DNA from: Bacteroidetes bacterium QS_9_68_14
GTDB taxonomy: Bacteria > Bacteroidota > Rhodothermia > Rhodothermales > Salinibacteraceae
Direction: 5' to 3'
DNA: 64,000 nucleotides
Assembly (NCBI GenBank): GCA_003022535.1
Contig: PXTT01000039.1
Location: 948-64,947, forward strand
Part shown: in pieces, positions 1-8,792 of the stretch
Layout of the letters: each line of letters starts with the position of its first letter
How positions within the stretch are numbered: position 1 is the first letter of the stretch
Notes under the pieces: model-generated
What the model was told of the DNA's origin: nothing
The model's input: the letters and a program-made list of their open reading frames with translations, nothing else
Databases searched by the model: none
Translations under genes and position numbers: made by a program

Positions 1-623
1 AGTCGCCGGTGCCCGACGTCGCAGAGGGCGAAAAGGAACCCATCGTCATTCCCGTCCCCGACTCGGCCAACACTGCCACGCTCGGCTACGCCAACGAAAA
101 CAACAAGCGCGGCCACCCCTGCCACTTCGAGCTCGGCCTGATTCGCAACCACTACGTGGGCCGCACCTTCATCTCGCCGGGGCAGGACCAGCGCGAGATG
201 AAGGTGCGCTGCAAGTTCAACACCGTCGAGGGGCTGCTCAGGGGGCGCCCCGTCGTGGTGGTCGACGACTCGATCGTGCGCGGCACCACCGCCGGCTACC
301 TGGTAGACATGCTGCGCGACTCCGGCGCCACGAGCGTGCACTTCCGCGTGACCTCCCCGCCGGTGACGGGGCCGTGCTACTACGGCATGGACTTCCCCGA
401 CCCCGACGAACTCCTGGCCAACCAGTTCGACTCGGTCGAGGAGATGCGCGACTATCTCGGCGTCGACTCGCTGGCGTACCTCTCCGACGAGGGACTCCGG
501 GAGGCGGTCGACACGGCCAACCACGAGCAGCTGGGCTACTGCACGGCCTGCTTCACCGGCGACTACCCCGTGCCGGTAGACACGTCCGACGCACAGCAGA
601 AGGAGGCGTTCGAGTGGCGGTAG
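1..623 (+). CDS. purF: Amidophosphoribosyltransferase, C-terminal part (5' end lies outside the window)
   Basis: Frame is open from the window edge. Contains the PRPP-binding motif VVVVDDSIVRGTT and a PurF-like C-terminus (GYCTACFTGDYP). Stop at 621-623. Confidence 0.9.
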   Translation, partial: SPVPDVAEGEKEPIVIPVPDSANTATLGYANENNKRGHPCHFELGLIRNHYVGRTFISPGQDQREMKVRCKFNTVEGLLRGRPVVVVDDSIVRGTTAGYLVDMLRDSGATSVHFRVTSPPVTGPCYYGMDFPDPDELLANQFDSVEEMRDYLGVDSLAYLSDEGLREAVDTANHEQLGYCTACFTGDYPVPVDTSDAQQKEAFEWR

Positions 624-630
624 GCTTCGC

Positions 631-720
631 CGGTTGCGGGTTTTGGGTTCCGAGTTTCGGATTGGGGAGGGGGGCGGCATTTCTTGGGCCGGACGAAAAC
701 CCGGAAACCCGAAACCGACG
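631..720. terminator. Imperfect inverted repeat between convergent purF and radC (possible bidirectional terminator)
   Basis: CGGTTGCGGGTTTTGGGTTCCG (631-652) is largely complementary to CGGAAACCCGAAACCG (702-717). The spacer is rich in G-tracts and there is no clean U-run. Confidence 0.25.
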
Positions 721-724
721 ACCG

Positions 725-1401
725 TCACAAAACGCCGCGCTCGGCCAGCGACGTGTAGCCGCTGCCGGCGATGATGAGGTGGTCGTGCACGGGGATGCCC
801 ATCAGCTCGCCCGCCTCGGCGAGCTGGCGCGTGATCTTTTCGTCCTCACGGCTGGGCTCGGGGTTGCCGCTGGGGTGGTTGTGCAGGCAGATCACGGCGG
901 CGGCATTTTCGAGGACGGCCTTCTGGAAGACCGCGCGCGGCTCGACGATGCTGGCCGCCAGGCCGCCCTCGCTGACGGTGTAGTCGCCCTCGACGACGTT
1001 GGCGGTGTTGAGCAGGACGATTTTGAAGACCTCCTGCTTCAGGCCGCGCATCTGCGGGCCGTAGGCGGCGGCCACGTCCTCCGGGCCGGTGACCTGCACG
1101 CGCGCGTCCTCGCCGCCGGCGCGGTGCTGCGCCTCCACGCGCCGGCCGATCTCGAAGGCCGCCAGCAGCTTCGCCGCCTTCGCTGGCCCGACGCCCGCCA
1201 CGCGCGTCAGCCCCCCCTCCTCGCGCCGCGCCAGGCCCGAGAGCCCGCCAACAGCTCGGCGTCGGAGAGCACCTGCGGGCCGTGCTGGGACAGCTTCTCG
1301 CGCGGGCGGTCCTCGGCGTCCCAGGCGTGGATGGGCGCGTGGTAGGCAATGGCCGGCTCCTCGGAGCCGCTGTCGTCAGTGGGCGAGTCGTCGGCAGACA
1401 T
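725..1401 (-). pseudogene. radC: RadC-family JAMM protein with a broken reading frame (frame switch near 1246)
   Basis: The N-terminal block (MSADD...RPREKLSQHGPQVLSDAELLA) is in the frame of ORF 1207..1572. The HhH and JAMM part (GVGPAKAAKLL...HNHPSGNPEPSREDEKIT) is in the frame of ORF 725..1201. Total length is 677 nt, not a multiple of 3. About 20 residues normally found between ELLA and GxLxGL are absent. Confidence 0.6.
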
Positions 1402-1575
1402 GGGGGGCGACGGGCGAAAGCGGCGGAAGGACGGTTCACCCCACCACGACACCGCGCGGGCTGCCGGCGTAACGTCTGCGAGACGGTCTTTTCGTGAAGA
1501 CGCTGATCGGCGGTCGTTCAGTCCGGAATCGGCTTTTCGTGTGCCAGAGGGTCCCGCCAACCGTCCCTCCAATCG

Positions 1576-2706
1576 CTACGCGGGTACCAATTCGTTGAGG
1601 AGGTGCGCGTTAGTGGGGCTGTTGCGCACGTGCTTCAGCAGGGCCTGCATCGCCTCGACGGGCGGGCGTGAGTTGAGCGCGCGAAAGAGCTGGTGGTGCT
1701 TCTTGAGACCGTCACCGATGAGACGCTCCTCGTTGCGCGTGCCGCTGTCGCGCACGTTGATGGCCGGGTAGATGCGCTTGTTGGCCAGCTCGCGGTCCAG
1801 GACGATCTCGGAGTTGCCCGTGCCCTTGAACTCCTCGAAGATCACGTCGTCCATCTTCGAGCCCGTCTCGATCAGGGCCGTAGCGACGATCGTCAGGCTG
1901 CCGCCGCCCTCGATGTTGCGCGCAGAGCCGAAGATCTTGCGCGGCTGCTGGAGGGCCTTCGCGTCGAGCCCGCCGCTGAGGGTGCGCCCGCTTCCGCCCA
2001 GAAAGAGGTTGAACGTGCGCCCCAGGCGCGTAATGGAGTCGAGCAAGAGCACCACGTCGCGGCCCATTTCCACGCGGCGCTTGGCGTATTCGAGCGCCAT
2101 CGTCGAGACGCGCACGTGGTTGTCCTCGCCCCGGTCGTTCGAGGAGGCGAAGACGCGCGCCTCGGTGGAGCGGCGAAAGTCGGTCACTTCCTCGGGCCGT
2201 TCGTCGACCAGGAGCGCCACGAGGTCCACCTCGTCGTGGTTCTGGGTGACGCCGGCGGCGATCTTTTTGAGCAGGACCGTCTTGCCGGCACGCGGCGGCG
2301 AGACGATCAGTGCGCGTTGCCCCTTGCCCAGCGGGGCCACGAGGTCTACGACGCGCATGTCCACGTCATCGGGGCCGGTGATGAGGTTGAGCTTGTCCTC
2401 GGGGTAGATGATGTCGCCGCCGTCGAAGTCCTCCAGCTCGGCCCATTCCTGCGGCTCCATGCCCATGACTTTGTAGATCCAGTCCACCTGCATCCCGTCC
2501 TTGCGCCCGGGCTTCAGGGAGCTTTCGATCTCGACCCCGTCCCGCAGGTTGAACTTGCGGATGTGCGGAGGCGGCATGAAGGGGTCTTCATCCGTCTTGG
2601 GGAGGTCAGGCTGGAGCTGGCGCATGAAGCCGAACTTCTTGTCGCCGATCAGCTCCAGCATTCCGCGAAACGGGTCGTCCTGTCGTGACGAGTCGTTCTG
2701 TGACAT
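1576..2706 (-). CDS. rho: Transcription termination factor Rho (376 aa, N-terminally short)
   Basis: OB-fold/CSD-like region ([15 protein letters not shown]), Walker A ([10 protein letters not shown]) and the conserved C-terminal ATPase blocks ([33 protein letters not shown]) are present. ATG at 2704-2706 is preceded by a pyrimidine-rich, G-poor leader, with an in-frame TAG five codons upstream. Confidence 0.9.
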   Translation of the reverse strand: MSQNDSSRQDDPFRGMLELIGDKKFGFMRQLQPDLPKTDEDPFMPPPHIRKFNLRDGVEIESSLKPGRKDGMQVDWIYKVMGMEPQEWAELEDFDGGDIIYPEDKLNLITGPDDVDMRVVDLVAPLGKGQRALIVSPPRAGKTVLLKKIAAGVTQNHDEVDLVALLVDERPEEVTDFRRSTEARVFASSNDRGEDNHVRVSTMALEYAKRRVEMGRDVVLLLDSITRLGRTFNLFLGGSGRTLSGGLDAKALQQPRKIFGSARNIEGGGSLTIVATALIETGSKMDDVIFEEFKGTGNSEIVLDRELANKRIYPAINVRDSGTRNEERLIGDGLKKHHQLFRALNSRPPVEAMQALLKHVRNSPTNAHLLNELVPA

Positions 2707-3304
2707 GAAAAAGCAGGGGCGGGGCTAGGTGAGAGAGAACGTCCTCCGGGAAGAAAAGCGCCCGCACCCGCGCAGACGGCGCGCTGGCGGTGGAGCGTCG
2801 CAAAGAAGCGGTAGGGAACGGCGCAGGAGAAGGCGCGCCACGAGGCACCAGACGGGCGCCCCGGTTGCAAAAACGAAAGCGTATGGAGTCAATCGCCTCG
2901 GGAGCGAACTTCGCCGGGGCGGGAGACGAACGGATACTGCAGCACTCTGCGCCGGGAAAAGCCAGGCCGCGCGTTGCCGTGGACGACGCTGACGGGCAGG
3001 AGCAGCAACACGCGGGGATCTGCCAGAGCGCCCCCGGCCCTTCAAACGGCCGTGAAGCGGAAATGCCGTGGAGCAACGCGGCGGCGTGCGGTCGATAACC
3101 CTCCGCACAGGACACAATCCACCGTGCTCTCTTGCAGAGCCTGCCCGTAGCGTTTGGGCGAGTGGCAATCACACTTCACAGCCAGCAACGCCCCATCACG
3201 GCGATGGTTTCGATAAGATCGAGCACGGGTGATTTCGCGGGGTGGGAGGCGCAGAGCACTCTGAGATCGGGGGACGCCTTCAATCTCTCGGGCTGGATCG
3301 TCGG

Positions 3305-3514
3305 CTACGCTCGCTCGTCCGGGCTCGGTCGGTGCAGGCCAAGGAGCGACAGGAGCGACGCCGCCTGCCGCTTGCGCTTGCGGTACGTCTCCCTGCTCAC
3401 GAAGAGCGCCGCCACGCCCAGGCCCGCCAGCAGCGCACCGGCGAGAGCGGGCATGAGGTAGATCACCAGCCCCGCGACGAGCAGGGCCCAGGCAGGCTTG
3501 CGCGAGAACGGCAT
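3305..3514 (-). CDS. Small hydrophobic (2-TM) protein, unknown function
   Basis: 69-aa ORF with two hydrophobic helices and a basic tail. It is preceded by a C-rich, G-poor leader containing a duplicated CCCCTGACGC motif, like other genuine starts in this window. Confidence 0.4.
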   Translation of the reverse strand: MPFSRKPAWALLVAGLVIYLMPALAGALLAGLGVAALFVSRETYRKRKRQAASLLSLLGLHRPSPDERA

Positions 3515-3671
3515 GGCGTCAGGGGGGCTGGAGGAGCGTCAGGGGTGGGAGCGATACTTGCCTCCCCTGTAATTCTCGTGCCGCGGGGCACGTTCCCGCT
3601 CGGCTTGCACGTTCGCCTGCGCGGGACGCATCTTGCGCGTAGCGCATTCCTCCACCTCTCCGCTCGCCCCC

Positions 3672-4113
3672 ATGCCCGCTGGCTCCGCTTCGCCGAACCC
3701 GCTGGAGGCACAGCTCCGCGCGGAGGGGTTCGCGCGCGTGGCCGGGGCCGACGAACATCCTGCGCGCCGCCCTCGAGGCGATGCGCCGCGCCACCGAGAC
3801 GCTCGCGGAGGCGCTCGGGGCCGCGCCCGGCTTTCTGCTAGTGGACGGCAACCAGAAGCCGGGGGGGCTGCCGTGCCCCACCCGCGCTGTCGTGAAGGGC
3901 GACCGAAAAGTGCGCTCCATCGCCGCGGCCTCCATCATCGCCAAGACCACGCGCGACGCAGCGATGCGCCGCCTGCACGCCGACTTCCCCGGCTACGGCT
4001 GGGACACGAACGTCGGCTACCCGACAGCGGCGCACTACGATGGCCTCGCCGAGCGCGGGCCGACCCCGCACCACCGGCGCTCCTTCCGGCTCGCGCAGGC
4101 GGCGGACGGGTGA
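3672..4113 (+). pseudogene. rnhB: Ribonuclease HII with an internal deletion and frameshift
   Basis: The N-terminus MPAGS...LRAEGFARVAGADE (the VAGVDE motif) joins directly, in a +1 frame at ~3753-3756, to NILRAALEAMRRA...LLVDGN...VVKGD...SIAAASIIAK...HHRRSF. About 60 residues are missing, including GRGPLAGPV and the DSKKL region. Length is 442 nt, not a multiple of 3. Confidence 0.7.
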
Positions 4114-4129
4114 CAGGAAGCCCCGCGCC

Positions 4130-4702
4130 TCAGCGCGCAGCGCAGCGCGCGCGGGCAGCCTCCACCACCGCTTCGGCGCTCTCTTCGGGCGTGGCCTCGG
4201 CGGTGTCCACCGTCACGTGGGCGCGCTCGTAGAAGCGTTGCCGCTCCGACAGCAACGCCTCGATGCGCCGCGTGAGCGCCGCGCCCGCCAGCGGCTGGCC
4301 GCCCTCTCCTTGCAGGAGCGGGCGCCGCGCCGCCGCCTCACGCAGGCGATCTGCCAGCGTGGCCGCTGGGGCGCGCAGGTACACGATGACCCCACTGCCG
4401 AGAGCGCGTTGCAGATTTTCTTCCTGCACCAGCGTTCCGCCACCGGTGGCGACGACCTGCGCGCTCGCCTGCTTGCTGACCGCGCGGAGCGCCGCGGCCT
4501 CGCGCTTGCGGAAGCCGGCTTCGCCCTCCGCTTCGAAAATCGCTGGAATTGCCCGCCCAGCCCGCTCGGCGATCACATTGTCAAGGTCCACGAAGCGCGC
4601 CCCGCGCCGCCGGGCCACGCGCGGCCCCACAGTGCTCTTGCCGCTTCCCATGAAGCCGGTGAGATAGACCTTGGATTTTGGATTTTGGGTTTTGGACTTC
4701 AT
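4130..4702 (-). CDS. aroK: Shikimate kinase
   Basis: P-loop [15 protein letters not shown] and a FRKREAAAL...VVATGGG pattern typical of AroK. Start chosen at MKSKTQ (ATG 4700-4702); the ORF is open to 4747, so the start is uncertain. Confidence 0.85.
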   Translation of the reverse strand: MKSKTQNPKSKVYLTGFMGSGKSTVGPRVARRRGARFVDLDNVIAERAGRAIPAIFEAEGEAGFRKREAAALRAVSKQASAQVVATGGGTLVQEENLQRALGSGVIVYLRAPAATLADRLREAAARRPLLQGEGGQPLAGAALTRRIEALLSERQRFYERAHVTVDTAEATPEESAEAVVEAARARCAAR

Positions 4703-4752
4703 TTTCTGAGCGGGGTCAATCGGAAACCGCCCACCCAAAGTCCGCAACTGCG

Positions 4753-5559
4753 GTGACGTACCGGCTGCTGATCGAGTACGACGGAACGGGCTTTCACGGC
4801 TGGCAGGTTCAGCCGGACGTGGAAACGGTGCAGGGCGCGCTCGAAGACGCGCTGGCGACGGTGCTGCCGGAGCGGGTGCGCCTGACCGGCTCGGGCCGCA
4901 CCGACGCCGGCGTCCACGCGCGCGGCCAGGTGGCCCACGTGCGCCTCGGCGGCTTCGACCCCGCGGACGTGCCGACGCCCTTCCGCCTGCGCGGCGCGCT
5001 CAACGGCCTCACCCCGCCCGGCGTGGCCGTGCGCCGCGTCTGCGAGGCGGCAGACACGTTCCACGCCCGCTACGACGTGCGGCGGCGGCGCTACCACTAC
5101 TACCTCTCGACCCGCCCGCTGGCGCTGGAGCGCCACGCGCGCACCCATCACGGCGGCCAGGGCGCCCCCGACTTCGATGCCATGAACCGCGCCGCCGGGG
5201 CGCTCCTCGGTGAGCAGCACTTCGGCTCTTTCTGCCTGACCCAGTCCGGCACCGAAAACCGCGTCTGCCGCGTGGAGCGGGCCGCCTGGGTGCCGGAAAA
5301 ACGAGCCGGCCACTGGCGCTTCGAGGTCGTGGCCAACCGCTTCCTGCACGGCACGGTGCGCGCGTTCGTCGGTACACTCCTGGAGGTGGGCGACGACAAG
5401 CGGCCCGAGGGTGACCTCGCGCGCGTCCTTGCGGCCCGCGACCGGCGCGTGGCCGGCCCCAGCGCCCCGCCGGAGGGGCTGGTGCTGGAGCGCGTGGCGT
5501 ATGCGCTCCGCGCGGGTGACGGACCGCAGACGGCGGACGGCGGTCTTTCTGAGCGCTGA
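4753..5559 (+). CDS. truA: tRNA pseudouridine(38-40) synthase TruA
   Basis: [19 protein letters not shown] and the catalytic [16 protein letters not shown] motif. GTG start at 4753 is in frame with ORF 4678..5559 and avoids overlap with divergent aroK. Confidence 0.9.
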   Translation: MTYRLLIEYDGTGFHGWQVQPDVETVQGALEDALATVLPERVRLTGSGRTDAGVHARGQVAHVRLGGFDPADVPTPFRLRGALNGLTPPGVAVRRVCEAADTFHARYDVRRRRYHYYLSTRPLALERHARTHHGGQGAPDFDAMNRAAGALLGEQHFGSFCLTQSGTENRVCRVERAAWVPEKRAGHWRFEVVANRFLHGTVRAFVGTLLEVGDDKRPEGDLARVLAARDRRVAGPSAPPEGLVLERVAYALRAGDGPQTADGGLSER

Positions 5560-5725
5560 CGCTTCGAGCCCCGCGCTTACGCCCGTTTCTTTTCGCAAGG
5601 CGCCTTGCCCGCCGGCCCTCGCGTTGCTACGTTGCACGCGACGCCCCGGGGACCACGTTGCCCCGCACGGCGCTTTCCGAGAAGCCCCCGTCTTCCGTCC
5701 ACGGTCCGCCCGTCCTCGAAGACCC

Positions 5726-6445
5726 ATGCGCCCCAGCAACGCCTTCGACCATCTCGCCGGGGCGGAGGTGCGCTACGACCGCCGCTCGCGCGAGCACTAT
5801 GGCACGCGCGGGGTCGCCACGCGCTTCCGCGCCACGCCGGCCTTCGAGGAAACGCTCCAGGCTGCCTTCGCCGATCTCTGGGACGCCTGCCCGCTGGGCC
5901 GCGCGGAGGTGATCGCCAGCGGCGGCGCCTTCGCCGATAAGCCTGGCGCCCACGGGCGGGGCCGCGCCTTCGACCTCGACGCGCTCTTCTGGCCGGAGCG
6001 CGCGTTCGTGGCGCTTTCGTACCCGCACGACCGGCGCTTCTACCTGGCCGTCGAGGCGGTCTTGCGCGGCCACTTGGGTACGGTGCTGAATTACCGCTAC
6101 GACGCCGCGCACCGCGACCACCTGCACCTCGGCGACCTCGCGCCGCGGGGCTTCGTCCCGGAGCACCGCTCGCGCGTGCTCTTTCTGCAAATGGCGCTGA
6201 CGCACCTCTTCGGCCGGCGCGTGGCCATCGACGGGCGCATCGGCCCCGAGACGCGCGGAGCGGCGCGCGACCTGCTGGCGGAGCTGGAGCTGGCGAGCTC
6301 GCGCTCGCCCGAGGCGCCGCAGGCCCTCGACGACCGCTTGGGCGAAGCGTGGCCTGAAGTGCTGGACGCCGCCACGCAGCGCGGCTTCGCGGATGCAGGC
6401 GGGGAGAGCGGCAGCAGGCAATCGGCAGCCGGCGACGCCTCGTAG
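5726..6445 (+). CDS. LAS/M15-like zinc peptidase fold with a C-terminal peptidoglycan-binding-like domain (tentative)
   Basis: HGRGRAFDLD and HRDHLHLGD resemble the H-x-D ... H-x-H metal motifs of VanY/extensin-like LAS enzymes. FLQMALTHLFGRRVAIDGRIGPETRGAARDLL resembles a PG_binding_1 repeat. ATG at 5726 lies within ORF 5411..6445. Confidence 0.5.
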   Translation: MRPSNAFDHLAGAEVRYDRRSREHYGTRGVATRFRATPAFEETLQAAFADLWDACPLGRAEVIASGGAFADKPGAHGRGRAFDLDALFWPERAFVALSYPHDRRFYLAVEAVLRGHLGTVLNYRYDAAHRDHLHLGDLAPRGFVPEHRSRVLFLQMALTHLFGRRVAIDGRIGPETRGAARDLLAELELASSRSPEAPQALDDRLGEAWPEVLDAATQRGFADAGGESGSRQSAAGDAS

Positions 6446-6507
6446 CAACACCTCCCGCCGCCCCTCTTCTTCTTCCGTTTTCTCCGGCATTTTCTCCGGC
6501 CGTCCCC

Positions 6508-7554
6508 ATGCCCCCCGACCGCCCCGACGCAGGAAATGTCACGATCCACGACGTGGCCGAGGAAGCGGGCGTCTCTGCCGCAACGGTATCGCGCTTCCTC
6601 AACGGCTCTGGCAAGATCGCCGAGCCCACCGCCGAGCGCGTGCGCGCCGCCGTCGAGGCGCTTCGCTACCGGCCCGACCGTACGGCGCGCACCCTCGCCG
6701 AGCCGGACCGGCGCGTGCTGGCGGTGGCCCTCCCCAGCTTCATCACGCCCTTTCACAACGCCCTGCTCAAAGGCATTCGCTTCGAGCTGCGCGGATTCGA
6801 GTGCGACCTGCTTTTGCGCGACCTCGGCTCCGAGGATTCCGCCGGGGAGCTGGCGCGCTTTCTGCAGCACGGCGCCGTGGACGGCCTGCTCGTCGTGGGA
6901 GGGCTGCGCGAGACGGCCCGCCGGGAATTGCGGCACTGGCGCGCGCCGGCCGTGGTCATCGGGGCCGCGGTCGACGGGATCGACTCGTTTTTCTGGGACG
7001 ATGCCGCCGGCGGGCGCCTCGCCGCCGAGCACCTGCTGGCAGCCGGCCACCGGCGCATCGGGGTCATCCAGAGCGCGCGCTCAGAGCTGGCGCCTCAGGA
7101 GCAACGCATGGCCGGGTACCGCGAGGCCCTCGAAGCAGCCGGCGTAGCCTACGACCCGGCCCTCACCGCGAGCGGGCAGGCGCAGAAGCACGCCGGCTTC
7201 AGCGAGGAGGCCGGCCGCGAGGCCATGACCCGCCTGCTCGATGCCACACCGCCGGTGACGGCCGTCTTCGCCCTGAGCGACGTGCACGCAATGGGCGCCT
7301 GGGCCGCCCTGCGCGACGCCGGCCGGCGCGTCCCCCAGGACGTCGCCCTCGTCGGGTACGACGACGTGAAAACCAGCCAGTTCGTCGGGCTCACGAGCGT
7401 CTCGCAAGACATGCACCGCGTGGGGGAGCGCGCCACCGCCTGCCTGCTGGATCGGCTGCGCGGCGGGCCGCCGGAGGAGCCCCGCTCGGTGCGCATCGAG
7501 CCGGCGCTCCACCCGCGCCGCTCCAGCGACGTCTCGCAGGAGGCGCCCTCCTGA
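6508..7554 (+). CDS. LacI-family transcriptional regulator
   Basis: N-terminal HTH (VTIHDVAEEAGVSAATVSRFLNG...RVRAAVEALRYRPDRTARTLA) followed by a periplasmic-binding-protein-like sugar-binding core. Confidence 0.85.
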   Translation: MPPDRPDAGNVTIHDVAEEAGVSAATVSRFLNGSGKIAEPTAERVRAAVEALRYRPDRTARTLAEPDRRVLAVALPSFITPFHNALLKGIRFELRGFECDLLLRDLGSEDSAGELARFLQHGAVDGLLVVGGLRETARRELRHWRAPAVVIGAAVDGIDSFFWDDAAGGRLAAEHLLAAGHRRIGVIQSARSELAPQEQRMAGYREALEAAGVAYDPALTASGQAQKHAGFSEEAGREAMTRLLDATPPVTAVFALSDVHAMGAWAALRDAGRRVPQDVALVGYDDVKTSQFVGLTSVSQDMHRVGERATACLLDRLRGGPPEEPRSVRIEPALHPRRSSDVSQEAPS

Positions 7555-7598
7555 GGCGCGCCCTTCCCGAGGCGCACCACCGGGCGCTCGCGTCGCGG

Positions 7599-8681
7599 CT
7601 ACTCGGGCAGGCGTGCTTCCAGAAAGGCCAGCGTGGCCCGCTCGGCAGGGTCGAGGCCGCCGGGAGCCTGCCCGTTCGGCGCGTCGAGGTGCGCGCGGTA
7701 GGCCGGCAGAAAATCGCCTGCGCGGTAGCCTTCCGGGATCGCCGGGTGAATGTAGTGCTCGCGGCAGACGGCCGGCGTGTTGCCCAGCCTCTCGGCCACG
7801 GCCTTGACGACCTCCACCCACACGCCGTCGGCATCGTCTTCTTCGTGCCGCGCGGCGGGGCCACGCGCGTCGAGCTGGCGCGCCGCCTCAACGGTGCCGC
7901 CCCACGTGCGAAACTGCTTGGCCGTGAAATCCTCGCCGGTCGTGGCCTTCAGGTAGGCGTTGACGTGCCCGGCCTTTACGTCGTGCTTGGCGCCCTCCTC
8001 GTCGAAGAAGGCGAAGATCTCGTAGCCGGGCACCTCGCAACAGGCCTGCACGACCTCCGCGAGGGCGGGGTCTTCGAGGGCGACTTCGTGCTCGCGCCCG
8101 CTCTTGCCCGTAAAGCAGAACGTGCAGGCCCCGTCTTCATCGAAGCAGGCGTGGCGCCGCCGCATCGTCGTGAGGCCGAAGGAGTCGTTTTCGCGGGCGT
8201 ACTCGGCCCCGCCGATGCGAATGAGCGTGTCGTCGAGCAGGCGCGCTACCAGCGCCAGCACCTTCACGCGCGGCAGGCCGTCCCTCCCGAGGTCGTGCGC
8301 GGCGCGGGCGCGGATCTCCGGGAGCGCGCGGCCGAAGGCGACGAGGTGGGCGAACTTCGTGCGGCGGCGCGCCTCCTGCCACTCCGGATGGTAGCGGTAC
8401 TGCTTGCGCCCCGCTTCGTCGCGCCCGGTGGCCTGCAAGTGCCCGCGCGGCGCAGGGCAGATCCACACATCCGTCCAAGCAGGCGGGATGGCAAGCTGCT
8501 CGATGCGCTCGCGCCGCGGGTCGCCTCGCGCGATGCGTTCCCCCTGCGGCGTGAAGTACGTGAAGCCTGCCCCCTGCTTCTGCCGCCGGATGCCCGGCTC
8601 GTCGTCGGTGACGTAGACCAGCCCGGCGCGCTCGGCGGAGACTTGGGGGTCGAGGGCGTCCTCGTCCGATACTTCGCTCAT
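7599..8681 (-). CDS. DNA topoisomerase IB (poxvirus-like bacterial TopIB)
   Basis: LAIPPAWTDVWICPAPRGHLQATGRDEAGRKQYRYHPEW and FTGKSGREHEV match TopIB. The C-terminal CREHYIHP is in the expected position of the catalytic tyrosine. Confidence 0.8.
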   Translation of the reverse strand: MSEVSDEDALDPQVSAERAGLVYVTDDEPGIRRQKQGAGFTYFTPQGERIARGDPRRERIEQLAIPPAWTDVWICPAPRGHLQATGRDEAGRKQYRYHPEWQEARRRTKFAHLVAFGRALPEIRARAAHDLGRDGLPRVKVLALVARLLDDTLIRIGGAEYARENDSFGLTTMRRRHACFDEDGACTFCFTGKSGREHEVALEDPALAEVVQACCEVPGYEIFAFFDEEGAKHDVKAGHVNAYLKATTGEDFTAKQFRTWGGTVEAARQLDARGPAARHEEDDADGVWVEVVKAVAERLGNTPAVCREHYIHPAIPEGYRAGDFLPAYRAHLDAPNGQAPGGLDPAERATLAFLEARLPE

Positions 8682-8792
8682 GTCACTCGCGTTGCTCGCT
8701 CAAGTCACTCGCGTTACCCACTCGAAAGAGAGGGGGAGGGGCGTCCTGCCGAAAAACACCCGCCTTTCTCTCCTTCTCCTTCGCAGCCCTTC

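Noticed and set aside
636-680. G-tract runs (GGGTTTTGGG...GGGGAGGGGGG; also 18765-18805) as G-quadruplex or telomere-like elements
   Set aside because: There are only a few instances, with long irregular loops, in a genome where G-runs are expected by composition. Nothing distinguishes them from background without a genome-wide count.
2707-3304. Possible RNase P RNA, 6S RNA or a missing Rho N-terminal exon in the long rho upstream region
   Set aside because: There is no GAGGAAAGUCCGG or ACAGAAACCCGGCUUA type motif on either strand. None of the three minus-strand frames encodes a Rho-like helix bundle. It is left as an uncharacterised leader.
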